64,000 bases of DNA from the IMG/VR virus record IMGVR_UViG_3300029338_000356, positions 42,633-106,632 of that record; one strand, written 5' to 3'. The translations under genes were made by a program, and so were the position numbers. The notes beneath the pieces are model-generated. The model was not told the DNA's origin, did no database searches, and worked only from the letters and a program-made list of their open reading frames with translations. Within the stretch, counting starts at the first letter, position 1; each line of letters opens with the position of its first letter. The DNA comes from a virus. Below are positions 50,057-59,568 of the stretch, piece after piece.

Positions 50057-50446
50057 ATGGAACACAAGACCAATGCCGTCGAAGTCAGTTTTCTGAAGAA
50101 AACCAAGTGGACGGGCACTACCACGAGAATGCTGACTTTTCCGGTAGGCGAACTGGCCGACAGGTGCTTGAACGCTTGGCTCGACATTACGGACGAAAGC
50201 TTCTCCCATGCCACACTCCCATCCACGCAACTGGCGGAACGGTTCTCCACGCTCGTGGAATCGGACGCCGACCAAGCCGCTTGGGACGAATTCTATAAAG
50301 CTGTGGGCGAGGAGTTCTCCCGCTTGTCAGTGGACGAGCTTGCCGCGTTTTTCATCGACCTGAACGACCCTTCGACCATAGTGTCCGTGCTGTGGAGCGA
50401 TGGCGAGCACGAGTTTGTGGATTCCGGTTGCGAATACCGGTATTAA
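50057..50446 (+). CDS. small acidic protein, family 2
   Basis: paralogue of 48719..49096 (see above). Confidence 0.5.
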   Translation: MEHKTNAVEVSFLKKTKWTGTTTRMLTFPVGELADRCLNAWLDITDESFSHATLPSTQLAERFSTLVESDADQAAWDEFYKAVGEEFSRLSVDELAAFFIDLNDPSTIVSVLWSDGEHEFVDSGCEYRY

Positions 50447-50463
50447 CGAAGGAAAGCACGACG

Positions 50464-50643
50464 ATGAGAACCAAAGCCAAGGAACTGCCAGCCATCCTCA
50501 CTATCGCCGACACGATGGCCTACCTCTCCTGCTCACGCCAGCACATATACGACCTGCTGAATGCCGGTCGCATACGCACCTACAAAATCGGACGACGCCG
50601 GTATATCGACGCTGACTCGCTCGCCCACCTGTTCTGGAGTTGA
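50464..50643 (+). CDS. small HTH DNA-binding protein (Xis/MerR-type excisionase-like)
   Basis: LTIADTMAYLSCSRQHIYDLLNAGRIRTYKIGRRRYI matches the excisionase/MerR-family HTH pattern. Confidence 0.5.
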   Translation: MRTKAKELPAILTIADTMAYLSCSRQHIYDLLNAGRIRTYKIGRRRYIDADSLAHLFWS

Positions 50644-50647
50644 CGTG

Positions 50648-50797
50648 ATGCCTAACGTGAACCGTGTGGTCATGTTGCCCGCCGAACTGTACCGGCTGAC
50701 CATGCAGTATGCCGAGCGACATGAAGTCTCGTGGAACGATGCGGTCAGATTGTTGGTTGAACAGGCGCTCGGAGAAGATGGGGGCGAAGACTCGTAG
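50648..50797 (+). CDS. small ribbon-helix-helix-like protein
   Basis: 49 aa: VNRVVMLPAELYRLTMQYAERHEVSWNDAVRLLVEQAL beta-alpha-alpha pattern. Confidence 0.35.
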   Translation: MPNVNRVVMLPAELYRLTMQYAERHEVSWNDAVRLLVEQALGEDGGEDS

Positions 50798-50842
50798 CCA
50801 GTATGTTCCGTGCTTGTTGTGGAGTCAGAACTTTACGTATGC

Positions 50843-50865
50843 TATACTGGAAATGTCCACATAAA
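50843..50865 (+). promoter_or_regulatory. conserved promoter motif copy 6 (degenerate)
   Basis: TGCTATACTGGAAATGTCCACATAAA. Confidence 0.45.
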
Positions 50866-50892
50866 ACAGGCGGAGCCAACCAAGGAGAACGA

Positions 50893-51201
50893 ATGAACGA
50901 CACCAAAACCTACTACCAGCCAATCTTCCACGACAACGGCACCATCAGCGTGGTCGCCGGAGACAACACCTACGACCACGCCTACGCGGACAGGCCCATG
51001 AATGAAGCTATCGTGGAAACCTCCCACAGCAAGCCCAATCCAATCAACTGGAAGCACGTCGTATCCAACTGCGACGAACGTTGGAACCTCATCAAAGGCG
51101 ACGCATGCTTGGCAGTTCTGAGCGGCAACTGGGACGTTTTCGAGAGCCGTCACGAAAACAGAATCATGCTTGTCACCCGCAAGGGAACCCGAATCCTCTG
51201 A
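50893..51201 (+). CDS. hypothetical protein
   Basis: 102 aa. Confidence 0.45.
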   Translation: MNDTKTYYQPIFHDNGTISVVAGDNTYDHAYADRPMNEAIVETSHSKPNPINWKHVVSNCDERWNLIKGDACLAVLSGNWDVFESRHENRIMLVTRKGTRIL

Positions 51202-51284
51202 CCTACACTAAAAAACTCGGGGAGAAGTGGCATCCAGACCACTTCTCCCCTCTCTCATATCCGACAAAAAGAAAGAAAATAAAT

Positions 51285-52004
51285 ATGAAGGAACGGAATA
51301 TCTCACTGGAAAACGACCTCATGATGTTAGGTCAGGAGCCAATGGATGAACCCGACTCGTCCACCACCATCGAACTGCAAGAAATCGTGAAGAAGACGGA
51401 ACGAAAAATGCTGAACCCACCGGCACCACCATTGAAATTCGAACCGAAAACAGCGGACAAGTCCACCGAAAACACCGACGAAACCGCCAGCAAGACGAGC
51501 GAGAAAACCACTTCAACAGTAAACAAAACCGCTCCGAAAGCCTACAAGCCCGCCACACGCAAAACCAACAAAACCGCACCTCCAACACCAACCCCCACCA
51601 ACCCGTACGCGCCCGTCGAATACGACTGCAACGGCAAATGGCGTCAACTGTTGACGGGAATCGCCGTCATTGGAATTCTCGTGGCGGCAATCGCATTGTT
51701 GGTAGGAGCGAAAACATGTTGGCGGTTCATCGCCGTAGGCGCATTGACCGCATTCGCCATGCTCCCGCTCTACGGCTGGTTCGACGAACTCGAACGGGAC
51801 ATGGCGGTCAAGGCAGTCGAAAAGGATTACGGGATTCGTATTCTGCAAACAAACGGAGGCAATGGACTCGCGGAAGTGCATTACATGTTCCAGCAGAATC
51901 CAACCGTCGAAGCCGGTATGGTCTCCTATGGTCATGGCTTGGCATGGTTGCGGAGCGTGGGCGGCAAGAAGATTGTCGGACGAAGGCAGCAGGTGAAAAA
52001 ATGA
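51285..52004 (+). CDS. membrane protein with T/P/K-rich N-terminal region
   Basis: two TM helices (LLTGIAVIGILVAAIALLVGA; FIAVGALTAFAMLPLYGWF). Confidence 0.45.
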   Translation: MKERNISLENDLMMLGQEPMDEPDSSTTIELQEIVKKTERKMLNPPAPPLKFEPKTADKSTENTDETASKTSEKTTSTVNKTAPKAYKPATRKTNKTAPPTPTPTNPYAPVEYDCNGKWRQLLTGIAVIGILVAAIALLVGAKTCWRFIAVGALTAFAMLPLYGWFDELERDMAVKAVEKDYGIRILQTNGGNGLAEVHYMFQQNPTVEAGMVSYGHGLAWLRSVGGKKIVGRRQQVKK

Positions 52005-52378
52005 TACCCAGCACGGTGAAGGCCGCACGTTTTCCCGCGTTCTTTTTCAACGGCGTTTGGCAAGGGCTTAAAACCGCGCTTGTACCGCACGCTTGCATAT
52101 CCGACCCGCTGCCTCCCATGCCGACCGTACGCGATTGGCTTCAAGCCCATGGAGGCAACGGCATGGATGCTGACGCATTCGACCGGTGCGAAAGCGAATG
52201 GTATGAGCTGCTGGAGCAACGCAAACGGCAGATGAACGTGTTTTTGGCTGGCTTGTTCGTGGGTACGCTGGTGTATGCGATTGCGGCGCTTGCATTGCTG
52301 GCGCTTGTTGGCTGGTTGGTGTATTCGTTGGTTCCGTTTGATGGTTTCGGGCGTTTGGTTGATTGGGTTCGGGGTTGA
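52001..52378 (+). CDS. small membrane protein
   Basis: C-terminal TM (VFLAGLFVGTLVYAIAALALLALVGWLVY); 4-bp overlap with upstream gene. Confidence 0.4.
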   Translation: MIPSTVKAARFPAFFFNGVWQGLKTALVPHACISDPLPPMPTVRDWLQAHGGNGMDADAFDRCESEWYELLEQRKRQMNVFLAGLFVGTLVYAIAALALLALVGWLVYSLVPFDGFGRLVDWVRG

Positions 52379-52397
52379 GCATTTCTCTATTCTGTAC

Positions 52398-52420
52398 TAT
52401 ACTGGAACTGTTCACACAAA
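52398..52420 (+). promoter_or_regulatory. conserved promoter motif copy 7
   Basis: TACTATACTGGAACTGTTCACACAAA. Confidence 0.5.
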
Positions 52421-52442
52421 CAGGAAACCAAAAGGAGCAGAA

Positions 52443-53366
52443 ATGAGCGACAACATCAACTGGAACGAAACCGCAATCTACGAATTCATGCGATTCGAGC
52501 GCGAACCCGAACGCCGAGTATTCCCCGACCGCGACATCACCAAACTCGCCAAAGCCGGACTCATTCAGGAAAACGAGACGGGCGACTGGACTCTCACCCA
52601 AACAGGCGAAGACGAACTCGCCAACATTAGACAGCATTTCAACTCCGGCAAACTCTCCGAACTACCCCTGAAAGTCCGTAACTACTACTTCGACTGGCGC
52701 GTATACGACGAAAAGAAACTACCCGTCAAGGAACTATCCAAAGTTGCCCTACATGACAGGAGCGCCGAGATTCGCAAGAAAGCGGCCACAATGCTCAACA
52801 AGTTCAGCAAGCTCGACAAGGAAACGTCGAACGGTTTGGCCCACGACGAGGATTATCAGATTCGACTCATGGCGGCAAAGAACGCAGACCCTCACCTCTT
52901 CTTCGAGGAGTCGGACGAGCGCGTGGTCAAGACTCTTATCTATAACCATAATTTCGATGAGGAATGTGTCGAACATTGGCTGGACAATCCCAACAGTCAG
53001 ATTCGCGTTCAGGCGGCTCTTCTGACCGAAGACGGCAAGGTGGATGAAGTGTTGGCCCGCCTCGACTCACAGGATGTGGCGCATGTACTGGCCTGCAAGC
53101 CGCAGTGGGCCACGCGTGAACGAGTCATGAACGCTTGGGAGAACGCGGACGAGGTGGGACGTTACAGGCTGGTCAAGGTCATGCGCGACATGCCGGACTC
53201 GTTCATCAATCAGGCGTTCAAGAGCGACGCGTACATGGCCTTGCATGACCGTTTGGAGGAATACCGAGAAGCTGTCCGTCAAGTGTTGGAGCTTGGCTTC
53301 ATGTTTTCCGAGGACAGTGAGATTCGCCGGAAGATTTGGGAGCGTGCCGAGCACGAGATTGGCTGA
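52443..53366 (+). CDS. HEAT-like repeat protein, family 3 (paralogue of 54274..55239)
   Basis: repeated DRSAEIRKKAATML / DEDYQIRLMAAKNADPHL units vs DRSRDVRRKVADYL / DKDPELRKLAAKHTV. Confidence 0.5.
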   Translation: MSDNINWNETAIYEFMRFEREPERRVFPDRDITKLAKAGLIQENETGDWTLTQTGEDELANIRQHFNSGKLSELPLKVRNYYFDWRVYDEKKLPVKELSKVALHDRSAEIRKKAATMLNKFSKLDKETSNGLAHDEDYQIRLMAAKNADPHLFFEESDERVVKTLIYNHNFDEECVEHWLDNPNSQIRVQAALLTEDGKVDEVLARLDSQDVAHVLACKPQWATRERVMNAWENADEVGRYRLVKVMRDMPDSFINQAFKSDAYMALHDRLEEYREAVRQVLELGFMFSEDSEIRRKIWERAEHEIG

Positions 53367-53377
53367 AAGGGGCAGCA

Positions 53378-53674
53378 ATGCGAAAAGCGACATTCATTAG
53401 GAAATACTACGGGCACGGATATGACGCACATATGGTCTATCTTGTCTACAGCTATCGTGGGCACGAATACACGGTGTATGAGAACCTAGCCCAAGGCAAC
53501 GAGCCTCTCGCGTGGCAACACCGCAATGAGCAAAGCCAAATAGACCAGTTAATAGAGCAGAAAGAGCGGGAAAAGAACGCACAGCCGAAGCCATGCCGTT
53601 ATGAGGATACCGCGCAATATGCCTTCGACCAGTTTTTGAACTACGTCAATGGTGAACCGTCGGACTTTGACTAA
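53378..53674 (+). CDS. hypothetical protein
   Basis: 98 aa from internal Met; overlaps previous stop region. Confidence 0.4.
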   Translation: MRKATFIRKYYGHGYDAHMVYLVYSYRGHEYTVYENLAQGNEPLAWQHRNEQSQIDQLIEQKEREKNAQPKPCRYEDTAQYAFDQFLNYVNGEPSDFD

Positions 53675-53768
53675 CTAATAGTGGTAAAAATTTCCGAGTC
53701 GTGTGAATGCTTTTTGTATTTGCACGGCTTTTTGTTTTTTGCGCTTTTGCGCTTTCTCTTAAATATGA

Positions 53769-53791
53769 TATACTGGAATTGTTCACACAAA
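53769..53791 (+). promoter_or_regulatory. conserved promoter motif copy 8
   Basis: TGATATACTGGAATTGTTCACACAAA (TGn extended -10). Confidence 0.55.
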
Positions 53792-53810
53792 TATGAGAGA
53801 AAGAGCCACA

Positions 53811-54119
53811 ATGAACGAGTATTTCGCACGATTCGGAGCAGAGGACTACAACATCTTCCACAACGGCAATGCCTCCTATGTCATGTTGCGCGTTGCGGAC
53901 GAGAACATGACCTACTTCGCCTTGTTTGAGCACATCGAGGGTCATGCTGGCGTCGGCTGTAGGATGTTCGACTCTCCGACTGAGGTGTTTTTGGATGCCG
54001 CCGTTGACGAGACGTGCTCCGACGAGCAGCTTGCCGACTTCGTTGGACAGCCTGACACCGCTTTCGTCCACAGTATCAATATCCGCAGGATTCTGTATCG
54101 CTCCGGACTTCTGAACTAA
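53811..54119 (+). CDS. small protein, family 1
   Basis: paralogue of 47311..47625. Confidence 0.5.
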   Translation: MNEYFARFGAEDYNIFHNGNASYVMLRVADENMTYFALFEHIEGHAGVGCRMFDSPTEVFLDAAVDETCSDEQLADFVGQPDTAFVHSINIRRILYRSGLLN

Positions 54120-54123
54120 CACG

Positions 54124-54165
54124 GGGATGCGCCCGCAGGGCAACCGGTGGGCACATCCCTTTTTC
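54124..54165 (+). terminator. intrinsic terminator
   Basis: GGGATGCGCCCGCAGGGCAACCGGTGGGCACATCCC + TTTTTCG. Confidence 0.55.
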
Positions 54166-54219
54166 GTGTGCGCGGGGATTGCCCTTCGTTTTGGCTTGGT
54201 TGCGTGTTGTGTTTTTACC

Positions 54220-54242
54220 TCACTTACGCTATACTGGAATTG
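54220..54242 (+). promoter_or_regulatory. conserved promoter motif copy 9
   Basis: CGCTATACTGGAATTGTTCACACAAG. Confidence 0.55.
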
Positions 54243-54273
54243 TTCACACAAGATATGCTGAGAAGGAGAAACC

Positions 54274-55239
54274 ATGGACAACGACGCAATCAACACTCTC
54301 ACCAAAAAGTGGAACGCCAACCTCGTCTACTACTTCGAGGACTTCGACAACGAAACCCACTCGCAACGACTGAGCGCATACATCGACCAGAAGCCCTTAG
54401 ACAAAATCAAGGAAGCCAACCTAATCGAACTGACCAAGGAACGCGACCGTTGGAAGCTTACCAACAAGGGAATCGACCTGCTGGAAAGCATCAAGAACAT
54501 CTACCGGAGTGGAAGAATATTTCTGCTCCCCCTACCATTCCGTCACTACTACATCAACTGCAAGTTGAAGTACAACATGAAAATCGAGGACGGAAAAATA
54601 TACGACGGACTGCGTGAAACCGTGTTGAAAGACCGGAGTCGTGACGTTCGCCGCAAAGTGGCCGACTATCTGGAATACAAGGGAAAACTCAACTACAAGA
54701 CCGCGACCAGCCTCGCCAAGGACAAAGACCCCGAACTACGCAAGCTCGCCGCAAAGCATACCGTTGCAAGCATATACTGGGAGGAAACGGATTACGACGT
54801 TATCCGCTACATGGTGGAAAACAAGCTGGCCGATAGGCTCTGCTTCGAGCATTGGGTGAAAAGCGAAGACGAAACCATCCGCGCCCTATCGGCACCGTTG
54901 GCGGAAGAAAAGGACATAGACCCATTGCTGGACTCCCTCTCCGACGAATCCGCCATCCAAGTCTTGTTTAATAATCCGGAATGGGTCAAAGGTGAGCGTG
55001 CCGTGCGCTTGTGGCGTCGCATGGGCGGGGAAAACCGCCGTTGGATTATGTCCTTTATGTGGAATGTTCCCGATTCTCTGATTGAGGAGTCGTTGGCTGA
55101 ACCTCGTAATTGGCAAATCTCTTCTCGATTGGAGGAGTATAAGAAGGCGTTGCAGACCGTGTCCCGTATGGAGCGCTTGTTTGCCAAGGGTAGTGAGATT
55201 AAACGCAAGATGCGTGCCCGTGCCGGTTTGTCCGATTGA
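54274..55239 (+). CDS. HEAT-like repeat protein, family 3
   Basis: paralogue of 52443..53366. Confidence 0.5.
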   Translation: MDNDAINTLTKKWNANLVYYFEDFDNETHSQRLSAYIDQKPLDKIKEANLIELTKERDRWKLTNKGIDLLESIKNIYRSGRIFLLPLPFRHYYINCKLKYNMKIEDGKIYDGLRETVLKDRSRDVRRKVADYLEYKGKLNYKTATSLAKDKDPELRKLAAKHTVASIYWEETDYDVIRYMVENKLADRLCFEHWVKSEDETIRALSAPLAEEKDIDPLLDSLSDESAIQVLFNNPEWVKGERAVRLWRRMGGENRRWIMSFMWNVPDSLIEESLAEPRNWQISSRLEEYKKALQTVSRMERLFAKGSEIKRKMRARAGLSD

Positions 55240-55253
55240 GGTTTGACGGAGGA

Positions 55254-55295
55254 GAAGCGGGACGCTGTTTTTGGTGTCCTGCTTCTTGTTTTTTG
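55254..55295 (+). terminator. intrinsic terminator
   Basis: GAAGCGGGACGCTGTTTTTGGTGTCCTGCTTC hairpin + TTGTTTTTT. Confidence 0.5.
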
Positions 55296-55321
55296 GGGTT
55301 TTGCGTTTCTCTCAAGTGTGC

Positions 55322-55344
55322 TATAGTGGAATTGTTCACACAAA
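55322..55344 (+). promoter_or_regulatory. conserved promoter motif copy 10
   Basis: TGCTATAGTGGAATTGTTCACACAAA. Confidence 0.5.
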
Positions 55345-55372
55345 GAGCGATAGGCAAAAAGGAGCACATAAC

Positions 55373-55630
55373 ATGTACGCAATCCACTACATCGGCGGCG
55401 CAATCAACGTCAGGAAAATGCCCAAAGCCCAAGCCATCGAATACGCCAAACAAATCAACGACAACCCCACAGGCACATTCCCCGAAAGCGTGAAACTCGC
55501 ACAAAGCGCCGAAGCCCGAGACATCATGCAAAACAGACTCTTCGCAAAAGATATCTACCCCCGCCACAGCGACGTATACAGCATGAGCATGGCTGAACTC
55601 GTCAACGCAGTCAACGAATACTGTTGCTGA
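55373..55630 (+). CDS. hypothetical small protein
   Basis: 85 aa, RBS AAAGGAG upstream. Confidence 0.4.
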   Translation: MYAIHYIGGAINVRKMPKAQAIEYAKQINDNPTGTFPESVKLAQSAEARDIMQNRLFAKDIYPRHSDVYSMSMAELVNAVNEYCC

Positions 55631-55676
55631 AAAACAATCGCCACAAAAACCAACCACACGAAAAAGGACAATCAGA

Positions 55677-56039
55677 ATGTACTCGAAAATCAGCGAAGAC
55701 ACCTATCGGAAACTCATCGACAAACTCGTCAGAATCCCCTACGTGACCGGCGCACACGCAACCCGAGCCATCTTCGGAGACGGAATCGAAGTCGCATTCC
55801 AACACCGTTACATGGGCAAGCAGGTCGAATACTATCTGGTAGCCGACTCACAACGAGACGGCAGACGCTCCTACCGTTGGCGTGGCGGAGTATACACGGT
55901 TCCGTCCGCACACTGGATTTTCGATGACGGGGAATGCACTCCCGTGGATTTGCCGTCGCATAAGCTGGAATCGTTGGATGTTGACGGACTGTATGACGCG
56001 ATTGTGTCCGATTTAGACAAGGCCATGAGGGAATTGTAG
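55677..56039 (+). CDS. hypothetical protein
   Basis: 120 aa. Confidence 0.45.
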   Translation: MYSKISEDTYRKLIDKLVRIPYVTGAHATRAIFGDGIEVAFQHRYMGKQVEYYLVADSQRDGRRSYRWRGGVYTVPSAHWIFDDGECTPVDLPSHKLESLDVDGLYDAIVSDLDKAMREL

Positions 56040-56049
56040 GAAAACGAAA

Positions 56050-56424
56050 ATGCGATTCACGGACGGCAAGGAAAAGCTGGAAATTAAAATCCACGAAGGT
56101 CAGCATTCGTGGGATACGACGGTAGAATTCTTCGACCATTTGACGGCTCCCATTGTGAATGGGACTCGTCAGGTGGGAAACGTTCGCACTCTACTGACGA
56201 ACGTGTACAACAGGATTCTAGGCATGTCCGGCTATCCCGCACCGGAAGCCGACACTCGGGCAATCTACACCATCACCGACTTGGCTGGAAACATTGTCAA
56301 GGAAGGTTCTTTCACTTCGTCCGACAATCCAGCCAACATGTATTGCAGCGGTTGCGGTTGCCTTCTCAGCGAGGAGAACGAGAACCTTTGCGGTGATACC
56401 AGCTGGTGCGATAACTGCTATTGA
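56050..56424 (+). CDS. hypothetical protein with C-terminal Cys4 zinc-ribbon
   Basis: CSGCGC...CGDTSWCDNC. Confidence 0.45.
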   Translation: MRFTDGKEKLEIKIHEGQHSWDTTVEFFDHLTAPIVNGTRQVGNVRTLLTNVYNRILGMSGYPAPEADTRAIYTITDLAGNIVKEGSFTSSDNPANMYCSGCGCLLSEENENLCGDTSWCDNCY

Positions 56425-56494
56425 GAAATTGGAAGACTACCGTTTCTACGCTTCCTTATTGTTCTATCGGATTGTGTTTTGCGCTAATATCATA

Positions 56495-56517
56495 TATACT
56501 GGAATTGTTCACACAGC
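56495..56517 (+). promoter_or_regulatory. conserved promoter motif copy 11
   Basis: TATATACTGGAATTGTTCACACAGC. Confidence 0.55.
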
Positions 56518-56545
56518 AAGAAGTTGCATCCTACTAAGGAGAAAA

Positions 56546-56800
56546 ATGAGCAACACCACCACAGAAATCAACTGGCACAACACTCTCCCCCAAAACTTGG
56601 AAGGCCACAAGTGCATCGCAGTCACCAAAACCGGTGAAACCATCGAAGGCATACTGGAATATCGCACGGCACAACCCGACATGTACGTGAGAATCGATAG
56701 CCTCCACCTCCCCGGCGTCAAACCATGGGTTATTGTCAACCAATGCGAATCCGGCAACGAAATGGGCGAAGAATTCCAGTCCGTGAAAGTGTTCGCCTGA
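56546..56800 (+). CDS. hypothetical small protein
   Basis: 84 aa, RBS TAAGGAGAAAA upstream. Confidence 0.4.
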   Translation: MSNTTTEINWHNTLPQNLEGHKCIAVTKTGETIEGILEYRTAQPDMYVRIDSLHLPGVKPWVIVNQCESGNEMGEEFQSVKVFA

Positions 56801-56811
56801 AAGGTTCACGA

Positions 56812-56976
56812 ATGAGTAACCACGACTGGGTAGCAACCGACAGTCCCAATAAAAACAACACTCACAAGAACAACCGTTCCACTCATAACGGATGGGACGC
56901 CGGTAGCGCTTGGAACCCGCAATCCACGAAACGAAACGAATTCGGCATACGCGATACCGACTGGAGCAATGACTAG
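56812..56976 (+). CDS. hypothetical 54-aa Asn/His-rich peptide
   Basis: short ORF tightly packed after previous stop. Confidence 0.25.
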   Translation: MSNHDWVATDSPNKNNTHKNNRSTHNGWDAGSAWNPQSTKRNEFGIRDTDWSND

Positions 56977-57013
56977 CCCCCACGTCAAAAAACGTTAGAC
57001 CAAAAGGAGAAAA

Positions 57014-57343
57014 ATGAACAGCGACTACTATGAGTATCTGACCACCTCAGCCAAAAACGACCCTGAACTGAACGAGCATGACAAGGAAACCGTATTGGCT
57101 TTCCTGAAACGACTCGACACCAACCCCGACAAGTATGCGGTAGCCCCAAGAACAATCGCCTATTTGGACGAGGAGTCTTTGGCGGATGCTGACATCACAG
57201 CCGAAACCCTCAAGAAGTTCGACATGAGCGTGCCACAATTCTTGGACGAGTGGTGGGAAAACGTCTGGGGTAGCACTACTATTGAGGACGATTGCCTTGA
57301 GGGACTAAACGAAGTTCTAGAACTTCACGAAGTCAGTAGATGA
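57014..57343 (+). CDS. hypothetical acidic protein
   Basis: 109 aa, RBS AAAGGAGAAAA. Confidence 0.4.
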   Translation: MNSDYYEYLTTSAKNDPELNEHDKETVLAFLKRLDTNPDKYAVAPRTIAYLDEESLADADITAETLKKFDMSVPQFLDEWWENVWGSTTIEDDCLEGLNEVLELHEVSR

Positions 57344-57409
57344 TACCAGAATGCCCGTGGAAAACGACTTCCACGGGCATTCTCGTCTCAATTTTTGGAA
57401 GGAGCGCGA

Positions 57410-57625
57410 ATGCCCCACTACTTGTTGGACGCGGCTAATGACGCGACTGAACTCCCATCCGCAGACTTGGATAACATCCAGTCGATTCTGCGTACCACGC
57501 CTACTCTTGATTCGGAAGCGCCCGTGTTGGCTTGCGAGATTCTGGATGCTTGGGACGAGGATTGTAGGATTCTTCGCCGCCGTCCTAGACTGGTGTTGCT
57601 GAATGTTGAGGAGCCGGAATTCTAA
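57410..57625 (+). CDS. hypothetical small acidic protein
   Basis: 71 aa from internal Met, RBS GGAAGGAG. Confidence 0.3.
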   Translation: MPHYLLDAANDATELPSADLDNIQSILRTTPTLDSEAPVLACEILDAWDEDCRILRRRPRLVLLNVEEPEF

Positions 57626-57705
57626 GTGTGGGAAGGTGGTTTTTCGTTCTTTGCACTACCCTGTTGTGTTAGAGTGAGATAGCCCACACCAAAAAAGGAA
57701 AACCA

Positions 57706-57951
57706 ATGGCCTTAAAAGAACTTCCCTATCAAGACGGAATCAACTGGAAAGAATTCGAAGGCAAGTCCGCGATATTCAAATGGAACGGCAAACCCATGGC
57801 CGGAACCCTCTACTTGGACGGTTTCAGCAATCTCGCAGTTCGTGAACTGTCCGGTTACATGCCGGTCTTATATATTTGGCCGGATGATACGAGTCATGTC
57901 AACGTCGAGCGTGTGACGGATTTTCATGTGTTCGAGTTCGTTGAGGATTAG
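57706..57951 (+). CDS. hypothetical small protein
   Basis: 81 aa, RBS AAAGGAAAA. Confidence 0.35.
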   Translation: MALKELPYQDGINWKEFEGKSAIFKWNGKPMAGTLYLDGFSNLAVRELSGYMPVLYIWPDDTSHVNVERVTDFHVFEFVED

Positions 57952-58381
57952 TGTAGTTCGGGACGCTGGCACTGCGGCTTCTATTCCCATTCCGGGGACA
58001 ATCCGAACGTATTATCCCGGCTTCGATATTTGGTTCAACCGCACGGTTCTCCCCTCATTAGGGAAAGGCCGTGCGATTCTTTTAGCCCGCATAAACGGTG
58101 AGTTGGCAGGGTTTTGCGTTCTCAAGAGAAATCCGTCTGAACGGAAGATTTGCACCTTGTATGTTTTCAAGGCTTTCCGAAATCGAGGGGTCGGTTCCTC
58201 GCTGGTCGAATATGCATTGAAATTGCTGGACGAACGGTTCCCTCTGGTGACAGTGCCGGAAGAGTTGTTGCCGCTGTATGAGGGTTTCTTCCGTCGTTTT
58301 GGTTTTCGTCTGTCCGGCTCGCGTGTGGGTTTGTATCGGGTTGGGAAGAGGGAGTTCTTTTTTAATCGAACGCTGGCTTAG
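57926..58381 (+). CDS. GNAT-family N-acetyltransferase
   Basis: FCVLKRNP...LYVFKAFRNRGVGSSLVEYAL acetyl-CoA binding motif A (R/Q-x-x-G-x-G/A); 26-bp overlap with upstream gene. Confidence 0.55.
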   Translation: MCSSSLRISVVRDAGTAASIPIPGTIRTYYPGFDIWFNRTVLPSLGKGRAILLARINGELAGFCVLKRNPSERKICTLYVFKAFRNRGVGSSLVEYALKLLDERFPLVTVPEELLPLYEGFFRRFGFRLSGSRVGLYRVGKREFFFNRTLA

Positions 58382-58414
58382 GTTTGCGTGTTGCGTTTTT
58401 CTACCCCCTTGTGT

Positions 58415-58437
58415 TATAGTGGGATTGTTCACAACAA
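58415..58437 (+). promoter_or_regulatory. conserved promoter motif copy 12
   Basis: TGTTATAGTGGGATTGTTCACAACAAA. Confidence 0.5.
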
Positions 58438-58471
58438 AAAAACAAAGACAAAACCCAAAAAGAAGGACGCA

Positions 58472-58843
58472 TTGAATCAAGCAACTGGCATCGGCAAACG
58501 AATCCTCTTCGATGACCACCCAACTCGCGCGGTATACGACACTGAGGAACTGCCAGCATATGACTCCTATGCGCTTTACCGCGTATACCTGCGTTCTTGG
58601 CAACGACATTCCTGCCGACCGGGAACCGAGGATACTCCCATGTTCGACGTAATATGCCCGGCAAGATGGTGCCGTTGGATTGCTCACGTCAGCATTCTGA
58701 ACTATTTGGACGGCATAAGCTGGTTGGCTTGGCCGGTGGAAGGTGGCGTCAGTTGGCGGCATAGGACAATCGACCCTTATTCCGTCCACTATTCCACCGA
58801 TACACATATTCCGGTAATCGACTTGCGCGAAAGCGAAGAATAG
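58472..58843 (+). CDS. hypothetical protein, probable TTG start
   Basis: ORF-track start 58388 would translate the promoter motif; in-frame TTG at 58472 preceded by AGAAGGACG. Confidence 0.3.
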   Translation: MNQATGIGKRILFDDHPTRAVYDTEELPAYDSYALYRVYLRSWQRHSCRPGTEDTPMFDVICPARWCRWIAHVSILNYLDGISWLAWPVEGGVSWRHRTIDPYSVHYSTDTHIPVIDLRESEE

Positions 58844-58851
58844 GAGAGAAC

Positions 58852-59247
58852 ATGTCCGACACTCAGAACACGTCCCGATTCTCAAACGAAGGCGTCACCT
58901 ACACGAAGCATCAGAACAATGCGGCGCTTAGCATGAGTCCCGCCGAAGATTCGACCATGCGCCGACTGGGATTCACCGACCACCGTGAGGAGTATTGGTA
59001 CCTCTGCCGTTCAGTCTCCCCCGACCATGACATGACATTGAATGTCGAGATTGCCAAGGACGGTAGCGACTGGCAGATAGACGTGTTGGACGAGAACTTC
59101 TGCCAACCCTACGACTACCAGTATTTACTCAACGTGAACCCGACGTTGGATTATCCCAACAAGGTGGCTGACGAATGCGAGAAATGGTTCCGGAAACTAT
59201 CCGAATGGGGTTTGCTACACGGCTGGCATGAGGGAATGTACGTCTGA
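58852..59247 (+). CDS. hypothetical protein
   Basis: 131 aa. Confidence 0.45.
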   Translation: MSDTQNTSRFSNEGVTYTKHQNNAALSMSPAEDSTMRRLGFTDHREEYWYLCRSVSPDHDMTLNVEIAKDGSDWQIDVLDENFCQPYDYQYLLNVNPTLDYPNKVADECEKWFRKLSEWGLLHGWHEGMYV

Positions 59248-59272
59248 AAAAACAGAAAGGAAAAACAAAAAA

Positions 59273-59542
59273 ATGAGCATTCTCAACGAAGAACTGGAAG
59301 AACGGTATCCCATCGAGGAAGGCGACTGCATCACGCTCACACGGGAACAGTTGGCGTTACAGTTGCGTCGCGCATACAAGGCGGGTGCGACCCGCGACTA
59401 TAAGCGCACTCCGCACGGGCATACGGAACTGGTGGAGATTATCGGAAACCTCCAAGACTCCCACTTATTGCCTGATGGCACGGACTTCGAGGATGTCGTA
59501 AGAACAGTTCTGGACGGGCGTGTCAAGGCCATCACCAAATAG
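59273..59542 (+). CDS. hypothetical protein
   Basis: 89 aa, RBS AAAGGAAAAACAAAAAA. Confidence 0.4.
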   Translation: MSILNEELEERYPIEEGDCITLTREQLALQLRRAYKAGATRDYKRTPHGHTELVEIIGNLQDSHLLPDGTDFEDVVRTVLDGRVKAITK

Positions 59543-59546
59543 GCGT

Positions 59547-59568
59547 TATACTAGAAACGTCCACACAT
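59547..59568 (+). promoter_or_regulatory. conserved promoter motif copy 13 (degenerate)
   Basis: CGTTATACTAGAAACGTCCACACA. Confidence 0.4.

Noticed and set aside
58388-58471. ATG/alt start at 58388 for the 58472..58843 gene
   Set aside because: That start would translate through the conserved promoter motif (LCYSGIVHNKK, also seen spuriously in ORF-track N-termini at 48626, 49129, 52275, 55271, 56294, 61175, 61521). A TTG at 58472 with an upstream purine-rich RBS is more consistent with the array architecture.
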